The notes: a model not told the origin generated them from the letters alone. Numbered from the stretch's first letter, positions 8,267 to 18,881 are shown. The stretch: DNA of 64,000 nt from Treponemataceae bacterium (GCA_963667725.2 CAXXHO010000005.1:1184001-1248000), one strand, 5' to 3'. Numbers and translations: made by a program.

Positions 8267-11226
8267 GAGAGGGAATTCGCCATATCCATCAGCCGCTTTA
8301 TCTGGAAATTCTCCGCCATTTTCCTGATGCCCGCGGCTAGCGCCGCGTCGGAGGCGGTAATGGAATCGGCCAACGCTTTTACTTCTTCGAGGTCGCCCGC
8401 CTTTATGGCATCGCTCAACGCAGATGAAAGAGGACGGGGCAAGGCGGCGAACCTTGCCGCGAGAACCGCTTCTTCATCTTGCCTGTACCCTGGGGCATCG
8501 TTCGCCCCGGCATAGCGGTATTCCAGGCCGGCTAGTTTCCCTATCGCCTCGAGCACGACCTTTTCCCTGAAAGGTTTCCTGATGAAGGCGTCAGCGCCCA
8601 TTTTCAGGACATTGTCGCTCTCATTGTCCAGGACGCTCGCGGTGATCACGATTATTCTTACGCGATCTTTCGCGGGATCGGTGCGGATTATGCGGATCAA
8701 ATCCTTGCCGCTCATGCCCGGCATTACGAGATCCAGCAGGATGATGCCGGGATTCCATGATTCGACCAGCTCCAGGGCCTCCGTTCCGTTCGCCGCCTGC
8801 GCGGTGGGGAATCCCAGCGGTTCCAGGATCTTCACGAGGATATCCCTGTTCGTATCCCTGTCGTCGACGACGAGGATGCGCGGCGCCGTTCCCTTCAGGA
8901 TTCCGTCGATCCTGGCCTCGATTTCGGCTCTTACTCCTTCGGCCTTATGCGGAGGCGCGTCGATGGAAAATGAAAAGCTCGTTCCCGCGCCCGGTTCGCT
9001 TTGGATCTCGAGTTCCCCTCCCAGGAGCTGGCAGTATTTCTGGCTTATCGGCAAACCCAGTCCTGTGCCGCCCTTGCTGCGTCCGGCCTCGGTCTGCTCG
9101 AAGGGCCTGAAAATCTTCTGGATATCTTCAGGCGCGATGCCGCCGCCCGTATCGGAAACCTTGAAGGCGAGTCTGTCCGGAGCCTCCGCGATGAGGGCGG
9201 TTTCTACCTTCACCGAACCTGCGTCGGTGAATTTTATCGCGTTCCCGATGAGGTTGATGAGAATCTGCTTGAGCTTGGATTCGTCGGTCAGGATGGAGGG
9301 GGGCAGGTTGGCCGGAATGTCGACGGAGAATTCGATTCCCTTTTTGGAGGCAGACATCGCGAACATATTCTTCAGTTCGCCGAGTACGGCCGCCACGCTG
9401 CAGGGCTCGATGGAAGCCTCTGTCTTTCCCGACTCGATCTTGGACATCTCGAGCACCTGATTTATCAGGCTCAGGAGATGTTCGCCGCTCGCGTTGATGG
9501 TTTCGATTTCCCTAAGCGACTCCCCCGAGAGACTCTTGTCGTGCATGAGTATCTGGGAGTAACCGAGAATCGCGTTGAGCGGCGTACGTATTTCATGCGA
9601 CATTCCCGAGAAGAAATTGGTCCTCGCGCTGTTGGCCCTCTCCGCTTCGGCTCTCGCGATTTCCAGCATCGCTTCGCTTCTTTTGTGTTCGTGTATTTCC
9701 ACCTGCAGATTCTTGTTTATCGTATCGATATAGTCCGTTCTCTCGGCGATCCTGCGCTCGAGGTTCTCCACGGCATCCATGAGGCTTCCGTAAAATCTCT
9801 GCAGGCCGCTTATTATCGTGAAGAACATCATGAAGAACGTGATGACCGTGAATATCCACGAGGCCGGGGAGGTGAAAAAGGAGGTAAACGAAAGATCGAT
9901 CTGAAGCAGCCCCCTTGAGACGAGGACGCCGAAGGCGACGGCGATGACCAGGCCGGCGGCTAAAACGTTGATGCCCGCCTGCCTGCCGTAGAGAATGGTA
10001 GCGATCATTCCCGCGCTGAAAAAATAGGAAAATCCTATGCCGATATTGCTCCTGGCCGCCAGCACGACGGTCCCCGTGGAAAAAAGGAAAAAGAGCAGCA
10101 GGGCGCTCTTGGCCTTGACGGCGATGCTTTTCCTGGCCAGCGTCACGAGGCCGGGCAGCACGAGGAGCGGCGTGTAGACCCAGACGAAGGCGTCGAAACC
10201 TATCGTCGCGACGTGATAGACTAGGGACAGGAACAGAGGAACGGAAAAAAGCGAATAGGAGATGAGGGTATTATCGACGATGCCCGCTCTTATGTCGCCC
10301 ATCGATTTGTATTCTTCGAAGAATCGTCTCAGCTGTTCGTTTTTCCTTTTCGGCATTTTCGCGGAAGACAGCAGCAGCAGCGCGACGATGGACAATGCTA
10401 TGGCGAGCAGTATCATTGTGTTGATCCAGCCGGGATGATTCCTTTCCTTTGAGATATGGGGCGTCAAATGCAGCTCGAAAGCCGCGTAGTAGGCGCTGTT
10501 TTTATCCCCCCGAAGGCTCTTGAGCCTTCCGTCGAAGAGGGCGATGAGGGCCGCGTTCGCGGACGCGCCTTTCCTGAATGCGTAGCGGATCTGCGAGGGG
10601 TTGAAGATTATAGTTGTCCGGTACATGCCTTTGTCCGCTTCGTTCATCAGTCCGAAAAGCCTGTTGACGACGGCGGCTTCGGCCCGTCCATCCGCGAGAG
10701 CCTTGAAGCAGTCCTCGTAGGAATCGAGGTAGAGGAACTCGCACTCGATCCCGTAATCGGCAGCCATCTCGACTATGCCATGCTCGCCTGTCGTATGGAT
10801 GCTGTCGCGCATGACCGCCACGGTCCTGCCGTCGAGGTCGCTGATCGTCGCGATGGAGCTGGCGGTCGCGGCATATACCACGGCCCAGTTGAGAAGGGCC
10901 GATTCGTTATTGAAATCATAACTTTCGGCCCTGTCAGCCGAATGGGCCACGTCGGGCATCACGTCGATCTCGCCGCGAGCGAGACGCGAGAGGCCTTCTT
11001 CCCAGGTCCCGGAAACATATTCCGGCTTGATGCCGGAGCCCTCGAGAATCGCCTCGAGCAGATCGATGTGGAAACCATAGGGTTTTCCCGTCGGCGATAT
11101 GCCAATTTTCGGAGGATTGTCGTAGACGCCGACGCGGAACGCGGAAGGAAGGGGGATTGGCTCGCTGGAATATGCCGGAAAAAGCATGAGGAGCGTCAAG
11201 GCGAGCGCCAGAAGAAACGCTTTCAA
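8263..11226 (-). CDS. Hybrid sensor histidine kinase (periplasmic SBP family 3-type sensor, membrane domain, HisKA, HATPase, REC)
   Basis: Signal peptide and SBP-like N-terminus; MSHEIRTPLN, NLIGNAIKFT, DTGGG and GTGLGL boxes; REC motifs VVDD and LLDLVMP. TTG start. Confidence 0.9.
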   Translation of the reverse strand: MKAFLLALALTLLMLFPAYSSEPIPLPSAFRVGVYDNPPKIGISPTGKPYGFHIDLLEAILEGSGIKPEYVSGTWEEGLSRLARGEIDVMPDVAHSADRAESYDFNNESALLNWAVVYAATASSIATISDLDGRTVAVMRDSIHTTGEHGIVEMAADYGIECEFLYLDSYEDCFKALADGRAEAAVVNRLFGLMNEADKGMYRTTIIFNPSQIRYAFRKGASANAALIALFDGRLKSLRGDKNSAYYAAFELHLTPHISKERNHPGWINTMILLAIALSIVALLLLSSAKMPKRKNEQLRRFFEEYKSMGDIRAGIVDNTLISYSLFSVPLFLSLVYHVATIGFDAFVWVYTPLLVLPGLVTLARKSIAVKAKSALLLFFLFSTGTVVLAARSNIGIGFSYFFSAGMIATILYGRQAGINVLAAGLVIAVAFGVLVSRGLLQIDLSFTSFFTSPASWIFTVITFFMMFFTIISGLQRFYGSLMDAVENLERRIAERTDYIDTINKNLQVEIHEHKRSEAMLEIARAEAERANSARTNFFSGMSHEIRTPLNAILGYSQILMHDKSLSGESLREIETINASGEHLLSLINQVLEMSKIESGKTEASIEPCSVAAVLGELKNMFAMSASKKGIEFSVDIPANLPPSILTDESKLKQILINLIGNAIKFTDAGSVKVETALIAEAPDRLAFKVSDTGGGIAPEDIQKIFRPFEQTEAGRSKGGTGLGLPISQKYCQLLGGELEIQSEPGAGTSFSFSIDAPPHKAEGVRAEIEARIDGILKGTAPRILVVDDRDTNRDILVKILEPLGFPTAQAANGTEALELVESWNPGIILLDLVMPGMSGKDLIRIIRTDPAKDRVRIIVITASVLDNESDNVLKMGADAFIRKPFREKVVLEAIGKLAGLEYRYAGANDAPGYRQDEEAVLAARFAALPRPLSSALSDAIKAGDLEEVKALADSITASDAALAAGIRKMAENFQIKRLMDMANSLS

Positions 11227-11398
11227 ATAGTCCTCCTACGCCTGGCCTTATTATAGCAGGAAGAAACGCCGCGGCAAGGCGGCGATGTATCGCTCGACCC
11301 TATTCTTAAGGGGTCTTGAGTGCTATATTCCGAGTACCGCATTATCCGCGATCGATCGATGTAAAAAAAGCTTGGTTGCGTAAAAAGGAAACCTGTAT

Positions 11399-12745
11399 AT
11401 GGACGCATCGCATAGAACGACTTATCTGGAGAGAGACGCGATATTCCCGCTTCTCATAAAAATGGGGCTGCCCGCCGTGATCGGCATGATGGTGAACGCT
11501 CTCTACAATATCGTCGATACGATTTTTGTCGGCCAGGGCGTAGGCCCCCTCGCTATCGCCGGCCTCGCGATCGTCTTCCCCATTCAGATGATCGTGTCGG
11601 CCATTGCCCAGGCTATCGGCGTCGGAACGGCTTCCATCATCTCGCGGCGGCTGGGGGAAAAACGGCCCGAAGACGCGGCTAAGGCGCTCGGCACGGCGAT
11701 CGCGGCCGTCACGCTCGCGACTGCGGTCATCGTTGCCCTCCTCTTCCTATTTATGCGGCCGATCCTCGGCTTTTTTGGAGCCAGCGCCGACACCATGCCC
11801 TACGCGATGGAATACATGAGTATCGTCGGCGCCGGCTTCTTCTTCTTCTCGCTCTCGATGTGCGCGAGCAATCTTCTCCGTTCCGAGGGAAGCACAAAGG
11901 CTTCCATGATAGGCATGGTGATCGGCGCTCTTCTCAACACCGCCCTGGACCCCCTCTTCATCTTTGGCTTCGGAATGGGCATCAGGGGAGCGGCCATCGC
12001 CACCGTCATCAGCCAGATCGCTTCCTGCGTCTATCTGTTTGGAATGTACGCGCGAAAGAAGACGGTGCTCTCCATCAAGAGATCCTATCTGCGCATCGAT
12101 TTCTCCATACTGGGCAGGAGTGTCGTCCTGGGCACCCCCTCCTTCGTGCAGAGCGCGGGCATGAGCATCCTCCTCCTCATCGTCAACACGAACCTCGGGA
12201 GGTACGGCGGCGACGAGGCCATCACGATCTACGGCATGGCCCACAAACTCAATATGCTCGTGATCATGCCCATATTGGGCATCGTCCAGGGCTTCCAGCC
12301 GATCGCCGGCTACAATTTCGGCGCTAAGCGCTTCGATAGGGTGAAGGAAAGTCTCAAAGTTACCATTCTCACCGCCTTCGGCCTGGCCCTCTTCGGCTAC
12401 TCTTTCATGATGATCTTCCCCCGCGTGGGCATGAGTTTCTTCACCCGCGACGCCAACCTCATCGCCGCGAGCGCCCGCGTCCTCAGGATTCTCTTCCTCT
12501 TCGTCCCGGCCGCGGCCATCCAGATCACGGGGTCGGTCTATTTCCAGGCAGTGGGCAAACCCACCGAAGCCCTCGTGCTGAGTCTGTCCCGCCAGTTCCT
12601 TCTTCTCATCCCCCTCGTCCTGGCGCTGCCACTCTTTTTCGGTCTGGACGGCATCTGGGCGGCTTTTCCCCTGGCCGACCTGCTCTCGGCGACCGTCACG
12701 GTGACGCTCCTGCTGCGCGAGGTTCGAAAACTGGGCGCCTTATAG
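11399..12745 (+). CDS. MATE family efflux transporter (MepA-like)
   Basis: LYNIVDTIFVG, NTALDPLFIFGFGMGIRGAAIATVISQ and QPIAGYNFGAK motifs. Confidence 0.92.
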   Translation: MDASHRTTYLERDAIFPLLIKMGLPAVIGMMVNALYNIVDTIFVGQGVGPLAIAGLAIVFPIQMIVSAIAQAIGVGTASIISRRLGEKRPEDAAKALGTAIAAVTLATAVIVALLFLFMRPILGFFGASADTMPYAMEYMSIVGAGFFFFSLSMCASNLLRSEGSTKASMIGMVIGALLNTALDPLFIFGFGMGIRGAAIATVISQIASCVYLFGMYARKKTVLSIKRSYLRIDFSILGRSVVLGTPSFVQSAGMSILLLIVNTNLGRYGGDEAITIYGMAHKLNMLVIMPILGIVQGFQPIAGYNFGAKRFDRVKESLKVTILTAFGLALFGYSFMMIFPRVGMSFFTRDANLIAASARVLRILFLFVPAAAIQITGSVYFQAVGKPTEALVLSLSRQFLLLIPLVLALPLFFGLDGIWAAFPLADLLSATVTVTLLLREVRKLGAL

Positions 12746-12772
12746 TCGTTTTCTCGTTCTGAAAAAAAAGAT

Positions 12773-12837
12773 TTGACAAAGACGAAAACATGACCAATAC
12801 TGTGTTCTATCTGGTTAACCAAACTTGTTAACCAGAT
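12773..12837 (+). promoter_or_regulatory. Promoter with palindromic FadR/GntR-type operator
   Basis: TTGACA at 12773. Perfect 11-bp inverted repeat ATCTGGTTAAC-N7-GTTAACCAGAT (12809-12837) just before the regulator ATG. Confidence 0.7.
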
Positions 12838-12852
12838 GGGAGACAGTTTCGC

Positions 12853-13608
12853 ATGCCGGATAAACAGAAATCAGGAGACAAATCCAAGATTGAGCTGATC
12901 GTCCTCGACTACTTGAGGGATCAGATCGTTTCGGGACAGCTGAAGGCCGGCACGAAGTTGCCGTCTGAGCGCGCGCTCGGCGAAACCTTGGGCGTGAGCC
13001 GCGGCTATGTGCGCAAAGCGCTGGCCAAGCTGGATCATTACGGCCTCATAGAAACTTTGCCGCAGCGCGGAACCATAGTCGCGGGCCTCGGCAGCAAGGC
13101 TATCTCCGGACTCATAGCCAGCATCGGAAGCTTCGATGAAGCCTTCGAACCCGCCAATCTCTTCGAAATCAGGTCCCTGCTGGAGGTTTTCGCCGCCAGG
13201 AGGGCAGCCGAGCGCGCCGACCAGGACGACGTGATGGAAATCCTGAAATGGCACTCCGAGTTCCGCGCCAGGGCGGGCAAGGGGCAGAGGGGGCTGGAGG
13301 AGGATCACCTCTTCCACCTCGCCATAGCCAAGGCGAGCGCCAATCCCGTCTGCCTCGCGCTCACCAGCTATATCACTCCCCAGATCATCTCCATGAACGT
13401 GGATTTCGCGGAAAGCGATCCCAACAGGTTTCAGAGCACCGTCCTGGAACATGACAGGATCATCCGATGCATCCTGGCGAAGGACACGGATGGCGCCGCG
13501 AGGGCCATGCAGGCTCATATGGATGAGGCATACAAGAGGCGCTGGCCGGAAAATGCCCCGGAGAGTCCGACGGGCACCGCTGGGGCCCCGGCGCCGCTGT
13601 TCATTTAG
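12853..13608 (+). CDS. FadR/GntR family regulator
   Basis: KLPSERALGETLGVSR wHTH followed by an FCD domain (EIRSLLE, DHLFHLAIA, EHDRI). Confidence 0.92.
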   Translation: MPDKQKSGDKSKIELIVLDYLRDQIVSGQLKAGTKLPSERALGETLGVSRGYVRKALAKLDHYGLIETLPQRGTIVAGLGSKAISGLIASIGSFDEAFEPANLFEIRSLLEVFAARRAAERADQDDVMEILKWHSEFRARAGKGQRGLEEDHLFHLAIAKASANPVCLALTSYITPQIISMNVDFAESDPNRFQSTVLEHDRIIRCILAKDTDGAARAMQAHMDEAYKRRWPENAPESPTGTAGAPAPLFI

Positions 13609-13658
13609 TTGTTCGCTTTAAGAATTGTCCATTCAAGATTCCAAGGAGGTTCGGAAAA

Positions 13659-14891
13659 ATGAAAAAGGTTTTCATGACGGCAATCGCATTCGCGATGCTC
13701 TTCACGTTCGCGGTCTCGGCCGCGGATAAACCGGTCACCGTAACGCACTGGTATTGGGCCGACAACAGCAAGTATTCGGCCACGATGCAGCAGATGGCGG
13801 CGGATTTCAACGCGACGAACGGCAAAAACATCACGGTCGTCGCCCAGGAATACCCCTGGGACGGCGGCGCCTACAGCGAAACGCTGTTCAGGGCGGTGAT
13901 GGGCGGCGGCGGACCTGACACTTCCTCGTTCAAGCTCACGTCGACTCCCCTTTTCTCGGCCAATGGTCTCCTCGCCAATCTCGACGGCTATCTCGCGGGA
14001 TGGAAGGACAAGGATCAGATCGAGGCTAGTCTTTACAAAACCATGAGCGACGCCAGCAGGACCAAGAGCGTCTATGTCATGCCCTGGAACACCCAGGTCC
14101 TCTATGTCTACTACAGGCCATCGATGTTCAAAAAAGTCGGCATCTCCGTTCCCAAGACCTATGCCGAATTCCTCGAAGCCTGCAGGAAACTCACCCAGGA
14201 CACGAATGGCGACGGCAAGACCGACGTCTACGGGTTCGGGATGCGCGGCGCCAAAGGCGGACAGGAACCCTGGGGCAGCTTCATCTGGGCGCGCGGCGGC
14301 AATTTCAACGACATGACGACTCCTCAGGCTATCGCCGGCATGCAGGACTATGTCGATCTCTTCAAAAAAGGTTATGCGCCTCCCACGGCGACGATGGACG
14401 GCTTCAACGAGATCATCGCCAATTTCAAGTCGGGCAAGACCGCCATGACCGTCCATCATATCGGTTCATCGGCCGGAATGGTCGACACCTTCGGCGATGA
14501 CGTCGGCGCCTTCCCCTTCCCCGGCGACGTCGGCCAGTGGACCTCGATGGGCGATACCGAGAACGTCCTTCTCAAGTCAGCCAAGAACAAGGACGCGGCC
14601 TTCGAGTGGCTCGCCTATCTCGCGGCCGGAAAAGGCCAGGAGACGTGGTGCACGGTGACGGGCAACGTCCCCGTCAGCAGAAACGTCAAGCAGCTGCCCT
14701 TCTTCCAGAACAACAAGTTCATGAAGGTTTCCATCGAGGGAGCCCCTGTCGCCGGCATTCTTCCCATTCTCGATACGACGACGGAGTGGATTAGCACGAT
14801 CTGGCCTAACACGGTAGCCGCCGCGCTCATGGGGAAAATATCCCCCACCGACGCGATGAAGCAGCTCCAGGCGGGTCTCTGGCGTAAATAA
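13659..14891 (+). CDS. Sugar ABC transporter substrate-binding protein
   Basis: Signal peptide; YYRPSMFKKVG, PKTYAEF and FKSGKTAM motifs; lies upstream of two permeases. Confidence 0.9.
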   Translation: MKKVFMTAIAFAMLFTFAVSAADKPVTVTHWYWADNSKYSATMQQMAADFNATNGKNITVVAQEYPWDGGAYSETLFRAVMGGGGPDTSSFKLTSTPLFSANGLLANLDGYLAGWKDKDQIEASLYKTMSDASRTKSVYVMPWNTQVLYVYYRPSMFKKVGISVPKTYAEFLEACRKLTQDTNGDGKTDVYGFGMRGAKGGQEPWGSFIWARGGNFNDMTTPQAIAGMQDYVDLFKKGYAPPTATMDGFNEIIANFKSGKTAMTVHHIGSSAGMVDTFGDDVGAFPFPGDVGQWTSMGDTENVLLKSAKNKDAAFEWLAYLAAGKGQETWCTVTGNVPVSRNVKQLPFFQNNKFMKVSIEGAPVAGILPILDTTTEWISTIWPNTVAAALMGKISPTDAMKQLQAGLWRK

Positions 14892-14917
14892 TCCCCGATT
14901 TTCCCAGCTTTATTTCC

Positions 14918-14960
14918 GGGCCGCGCGGCTGCCGCTTTGGTGGCAGCCGCGACGCGGCCC
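14918..14960 (+). other. GC-rich intercistronic hairpin after the SBP gene (likely mRNA stabiliser)
   Basis: GGGCCGCGCGGCTGCC...GGCAGCCGCGACGCGGCCC inverted repeat. Confidence 0.55.
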
Positions 14961-14985
14961 GAATTTTTACCGAAGGTATGGATCG

Positions 14986-15867
14986 ATGCAGCGGAAAAAG
15001 AATATCTGGCCTTATCTGCTCCTGGCTCCGGCCCTCCTCATCGTGCTGACCGTGGTGTTCATCCCCGCGGTGAACGCCGTGCTGATGAGCTTCAAGAATT
15101 ACGACCTCAGAAGGCCGAGCAGCATGGGCTTCGTCGGGCTCAAGAATTATATGGCGGTTCTGGCCGACCCGCTGTTCTGGCGGTCCTTATGGAAGACTAT
15201 CGTATGGGTCGGGCTCGGCGTCGGCTTACAGTTCGTCTTCGGCTTCATTCTCGCCCTGCTGCTGAACAAGAAGTTCATGGGACGAGGATTGGTTCGTTCG
15301 CTTAGCCTGATTCCCTGGGTTACGCCCGGTGTCCTCATAGGGCTCATGTGGCGGTGGATTTTCGACGGCAACTATGGAGTGCTCAACGATATTCTGCTGA
15401 AGCTGGGCCTGATCGGTGACAAGATTCCCTTTCTGGCTCAGGAATCCACGGCCTTTCCGGCAGTGATAATGACGATAATATGGCAGGGCATACCGTTTTT
15501 CGCCCTGATGCTGCTCGCCGGTCTCCAGGGCATCCCCGACGAGTTGTACGATTCCGCCGACGTGGACGGCGCCAACGGCGTCCAGAAATTTTTCCTGGTG
15601 ACGATCCCTTCGCTGAAGAGCGTTATCTTCGTCACGACGCTGCTGCGCATAATCTGGGTGGCCAATTCGGTGGACGTCATCTTCAATCTCACCGAGGGCG
15701 GGCCGGCCTATTCCACGCAGACCCTCAGCGTCTACATTTTCAATAAGGGTAACTCCCTCAACCTCGGCTACGCCGCGACGATGTCGATCATGCTGACGCT
15801 CGGCCTGTCCCTCGTGGCCCTACGCTACCTGAAAAGCATATTTAAAAATCAGGAGGGAAAGGCATGA
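14986..15867 (+). CDS. Carbohydrate ABC transporter permease
   Basis: FVGLKNY motif and EAA loop (ELYDSADVDGA). Confidence 0.92.
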   Translation: MQRKKNIWPYLLLAPALLIVLTVVFIPAVNAVLMSFKNYDLRRPSSMGFVGLKNYMAVLADPLFWRSLWKTIVWVGLGVGLQFVFGFILALLLNKKFMGRGLVRSLSLIPWVTPGVLIGLMWRWIFDGNYGVLNDILLKLGLIGDKIPFLAQESTAFPAVIMTIIWQGIPFFALMLLAGLQGIPDELYDSADVDGANGVQKFFLVTIPSLKSVIFVTTLLRIIWVANSVDVIFNLTEGGPAYSTQTLSVYIFNKGNSLNLGYAATMSIMLTLGLSLVALRYLKSIFKNQEGKA

Positions 15868-16700
15868 AAAAAGGAAAATTCATGCTCATCAGGACGGTTC
15901 TTTTCTATCTGCTCCTGGCGGCGATGCTTCTGTTCCTCCTTTTCCCCTTTTACTGGACCTTCGTCACTTCCGTTAAGCCCGAAAGCGAACTCTACAGCGA
16001 GATCGTCACCTATTGGCCAAAAACCTTCACCTTCGATTCCTACAGGAAGCTGTTCACCGAATTCAACTTCCTCAAGCCCATGGCCAACAGCCTGCTCGTG
16101 GCGTCGATTACGACAGTGATATCGCTCATCGTCTCGCTGCTGGCCGCGTATTCCTTTTCGCGCTTCAGGTTCAAGGGCAGAAAGTTCCTCATGACCATGT
16201 TTCTCACCAACAATATGTTCCCGACGGTTCTCCTCCTGATTCCGCTCTACGCGATCATGCGCAAGCTGGGCATTCTGTATACGCCCGGCTCCCTCGTGCT
16301 TTCCTACACGACCTTCACCATTCCCTTTTCGATCTGGCTGCTCAACGGCTACCTGGACGATCTGCCGCTGGCGCTCGAGGAAGCGGCGATGGTCGACGGA
16401 GCCAACAGGGCGCAGGCTTTCATGAAAATTATCCTGCCCATCTTGATGCCGTGCATCGTCGCTACGGGGGCTTACGTGTTCATGACCTCGTGGAACGAGT
16501 ATACCTTCGCCGTCATGTTCACCAACGAGGCGAACCGCACGATCCCCGTGGCCCTAAAAAATCTCATCGGCCAGCTGGGCGTCGAGTGGGGCATGCTCAC
16601 CGCGGGTGGAATAATCACGATAATTCCCGTTTGCGTAATGTTCTTTTTCGCTCAAAAACGGCTGATCGCCGGCCTCACCGCCGGGGCGGTCAAAGGCTGA
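15864..16700 (+). CDS. Carbohydrate ABC transporter permease
   Basis: LEEAAMVDGA EAA motif and C-terminal GLTAGAVKG. Confidence 0.92.
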   Translation: MKKGKFMLIRTVLFYLLLAAMLLFLLFPFYWTFVTSVKPESELYSEIVTYWPKTFTFDSYRKLFTEFNFLKPMANSLLVASITTVISLIVSLLAAYSFSRFRFKGRKFLMTMFLTNNMFPTVLLLIPLYAIMRKLGILYTPGSLVLSYTTFTIPFSIWLLNGYLDDLPLALEEAAMVDGANRAQAFMKIILPILMPCIVATGAYVFMTSWNEYTFAVMFTNEANRTIPVALKNLIGQLGVEWGMLTAGGIITIIPVCVMFFFAQKRLIAGLTAGAVKG

Positions 16701-16720
16701 TTTCAAAGGAGATATAGAAG

Positions 16721-17539
16721 ATGGATGACGAGTCTCTGGACGAAAAGTCCAAACAACTGAGGCGAGATATCCTCAAGATGCTCTATCGCTGCCAATCGGG
16801 ACATCCCGGCGGGTCTCTTTCCCTGGTCGAGATGCTGATGGCGCTTTACTACCGGACGATCCGCGTGGATCCGAAAAATCCGGCCATGGAAAACCGCGAT
16901 CGCGTCGTCTTGAGCAAGGGCCATGGCTGCCCGGCGCTGTACGCCATCCTCGCCGACCTGGGATTTTTCCCGCGCGAGGATCTCTGGAACCTGCGCCAAT
17001 TGAGCTCCCACCTCCAGGGACATCCCGACATGATGAAGACTCCCGGCGTGGACGCTAACACGGGCTCTCTCGGACAAGGCGCTTCCATCGCCATGGGCAT
17101 GGCGCTAGCCGCAAAATACAAGAAAGCCGACTACAAGGTCTACGCCGTTCTGGGCGACGGAGAATGCCAGGAAGGCATGATCTGGGAGGCGGCGATGTCG
17201 GCGGCCCACTATAAGCTGGACAATCTCGTCTTCATGCTGGACCACAACGGCCTGCAGATCGACGGATCCAACGATCAGGTCATGGGGCTCGGCAACATAA
17301 TGGAGAAATTTTCCGCCTTCGGATTCGAGTGCCTCAAAGTGGACGGACACGATATCGGCGCGATAGCCGAGGCGTTGGCCGCTCCCGCTAACGGAAAGCC
17401 GAAATTCATCTGCTGCGAAACGGTGAAGGGCAAGGGCGTCTCCTTCATGGAGGGCAACGCCGGATGGCACGGCAAGCCCATGAACGCCGAAGAATACGCC
17501 AATGCGGCGAAAGAACTGGGGGGATGCATCGATGCCTGA
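16721..17539 (+). CDS. Transketolase, N-terminal (ThDP-binding) subunit
   Basis: GHPGGSLS, DRVVLSKGH, LQGHP and GDGECQEG...N motifs. Confidence 0.93.
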   Translation: MDDESLDEKSKQLRRDILKMLYRCQSGHPGGSLSLVEMLMALYYRTIRVDPKNPAMENRDRVVLSKGHGCPALYAILADLGFFPREDLWNLRQLSSHLQGHPDMMKTPGVDANTGSLGQGASIAMGMALAAKYKKADYKVYAVLGDGECQEGMIWEAAMSAAHYKLDNLVFMLDHNGLQIDGSNDQVMGLGNIMEKFSAFGFECLKVDGHDIGAIAEALAAPANGKPKFICCETVKGKGVSFMEGNAGWHGKPMNAEEYANAAKELGGCIDA

Positions 17540-18467
17540 AGCAAAGTCCTTGAGAGTCGCTTACGGCGAAGCGTTAGCCGAACTCGGAGCGTTGAACGAT
17601 AAAGTAGTTGTCCTCGACGCCGATCTCTCGCATGCCACCATGACGAGCATTTTCGCGGCTAAATATCCGGAGCGATTCTTCAACTTCGGCCTAGCCGAGG
17701 CGAACATGATGTGCGCGGCCGCGGGCATTTCGCATTCTGGCCTCATTCCCTTCGCGAGCACCTTCGCCCTCTTCGGCGCGGGGCGCGCCTATGAACAGAT
17801 ACGCAATTCCATCGCCTACGTCAACGCCAACGTCAAGTTCGGCCTTTCGCATTCGGGGCTTTCTGTCGGCGAGGACGGAGGCAGCCATCAGAGCATCGAG
17901 GACATAGCCCTCATGCGGGTTGTCCCCAACATGACGATATTCGTGCCCTGCGATTCCGTCGAGACGAGGAAGGCTGTATTCGCCGCGGCCGCGATCGACG
18001 GCCCCGTCTATATCCGCGTCGCCCGGCCGGTCGTGGAAACCTTCACGGCGCAAGACGCGCCCTTCGTGCCCGGCAAGGCCAACATCCTGCGCGAAGGCTC
18101 CGACGTATGCGTCATAGCGACAGGCCTCATGGTGAAGGAAGCCTTGAAGGCCGCCGATGCATTGGCCGCCGACGGCATCCACGCGACCGTGGTGAACATG
18201 CACACGATTAAACCCTTCGACGAGGAATGCGTGCTCAGGATGGCCAAAAAATGCGGCGCCATCGTCAGCGTCGAGGAACACTCTATCATCGGCGGCCTCG
18301 GTTCGGCCGTGGCCGAAGCCCTCGCGGGCCATTCGGACGCCAAGTTCAGACGCATGGGCATTCAGGACCGATTTGGCTGCTCCGGAAAGCCCGCCGATCT
18401 TTTCGCGGAATTCGGACTAACGCCTACCGACATAGCGGCCGCCTGCAGATCGCTCATCGGCCGATAA
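17532..18467 (+). CDS. Transketolase, C-terminal subunit
   Basis: LDADL, GLAEANM, GEDGGSHQ and VEEHSIIGGLG motifs; ATG overlaps the upstream stop region. Confidence 0.93.
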   Translation: MPEAKSLRVAYGEALAELGALNDKVVVLDADLSHATMTSIFAAKYPERFFNFGLAEANMMCAAAGISHSGLIPFASTFALFGAGRAYEQIRNSIAYVNANVKFGLSHSGLSVGEDGGSHQSIEDIALMRVVPNMTIFVPCDSVETRKAVFAAAAIDGPVYIRVARPVVETFTAQDAPFVPGKANILREGSDVCVIATGLMVKEALKAADALAADGIHATVVNMHTIKPFDEECVLRMAKKCGAIVSVEEHSIIGGLGSAVAEALAGHSDAKFRRMGIQDRFGCSGKPADLFAEFGLTPTDIAAACRSLIGR

Positions 18468-18476
18468 GGAGACATC

Positions 18477-18881
18477 ATGGAAATACTGCAATACGACTAT
18501 GCGGAGAGCGGTCTCAAGCGCGTCTACGAGAACGAGAAATGGATGGTCGGCATCAAGAACTGGAAGCCGGCCAACGATATCCAGAATATGGACTGCCTGG
18601 AGCGGCATAACGCGACCGACGAGCTTTTCATCCTCCTCGCGGGGAAATGCACGCTTCTGTTCGCCAACGAAACCGCCGGGGGCTTGAAGATCGAAGCCCT
18701 GCCGATGAAGCCCATGAAGGTGTACAATATTCCCAGGACGCTTTGGCACAACACGGTGACGATGACCGATACCAAGCTCATTCTCGTGGAAGACGTGTCG
18801 ACATCGTCGGCGAACAGCGACGTGCTCATGCTCGACGCGGAGCAAATCGCGAGAGTGAAGAAGCTGGCGGGCGGCGTCTGA
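18477..18881 (+). CDS. Small cupin-fold protein, ureidoglycolate-lyase-like
   Basis: LERHxxTDELF and YNIPRTLWH cupin metal-site motifs; AAGGAG RBS. Confidence 0.6.
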   Translation: MEILQYDYAESGLKRVYENEKWMVGIKNWKPANDIQNMDCLERHNATDELFILLAGKCTLLFANETAGGLKIEALPMKPMKVYNIPRTLWHNTVTMTDTKLILVEDVSTSSANSDVLMLDAEQIARVKKLAGGV

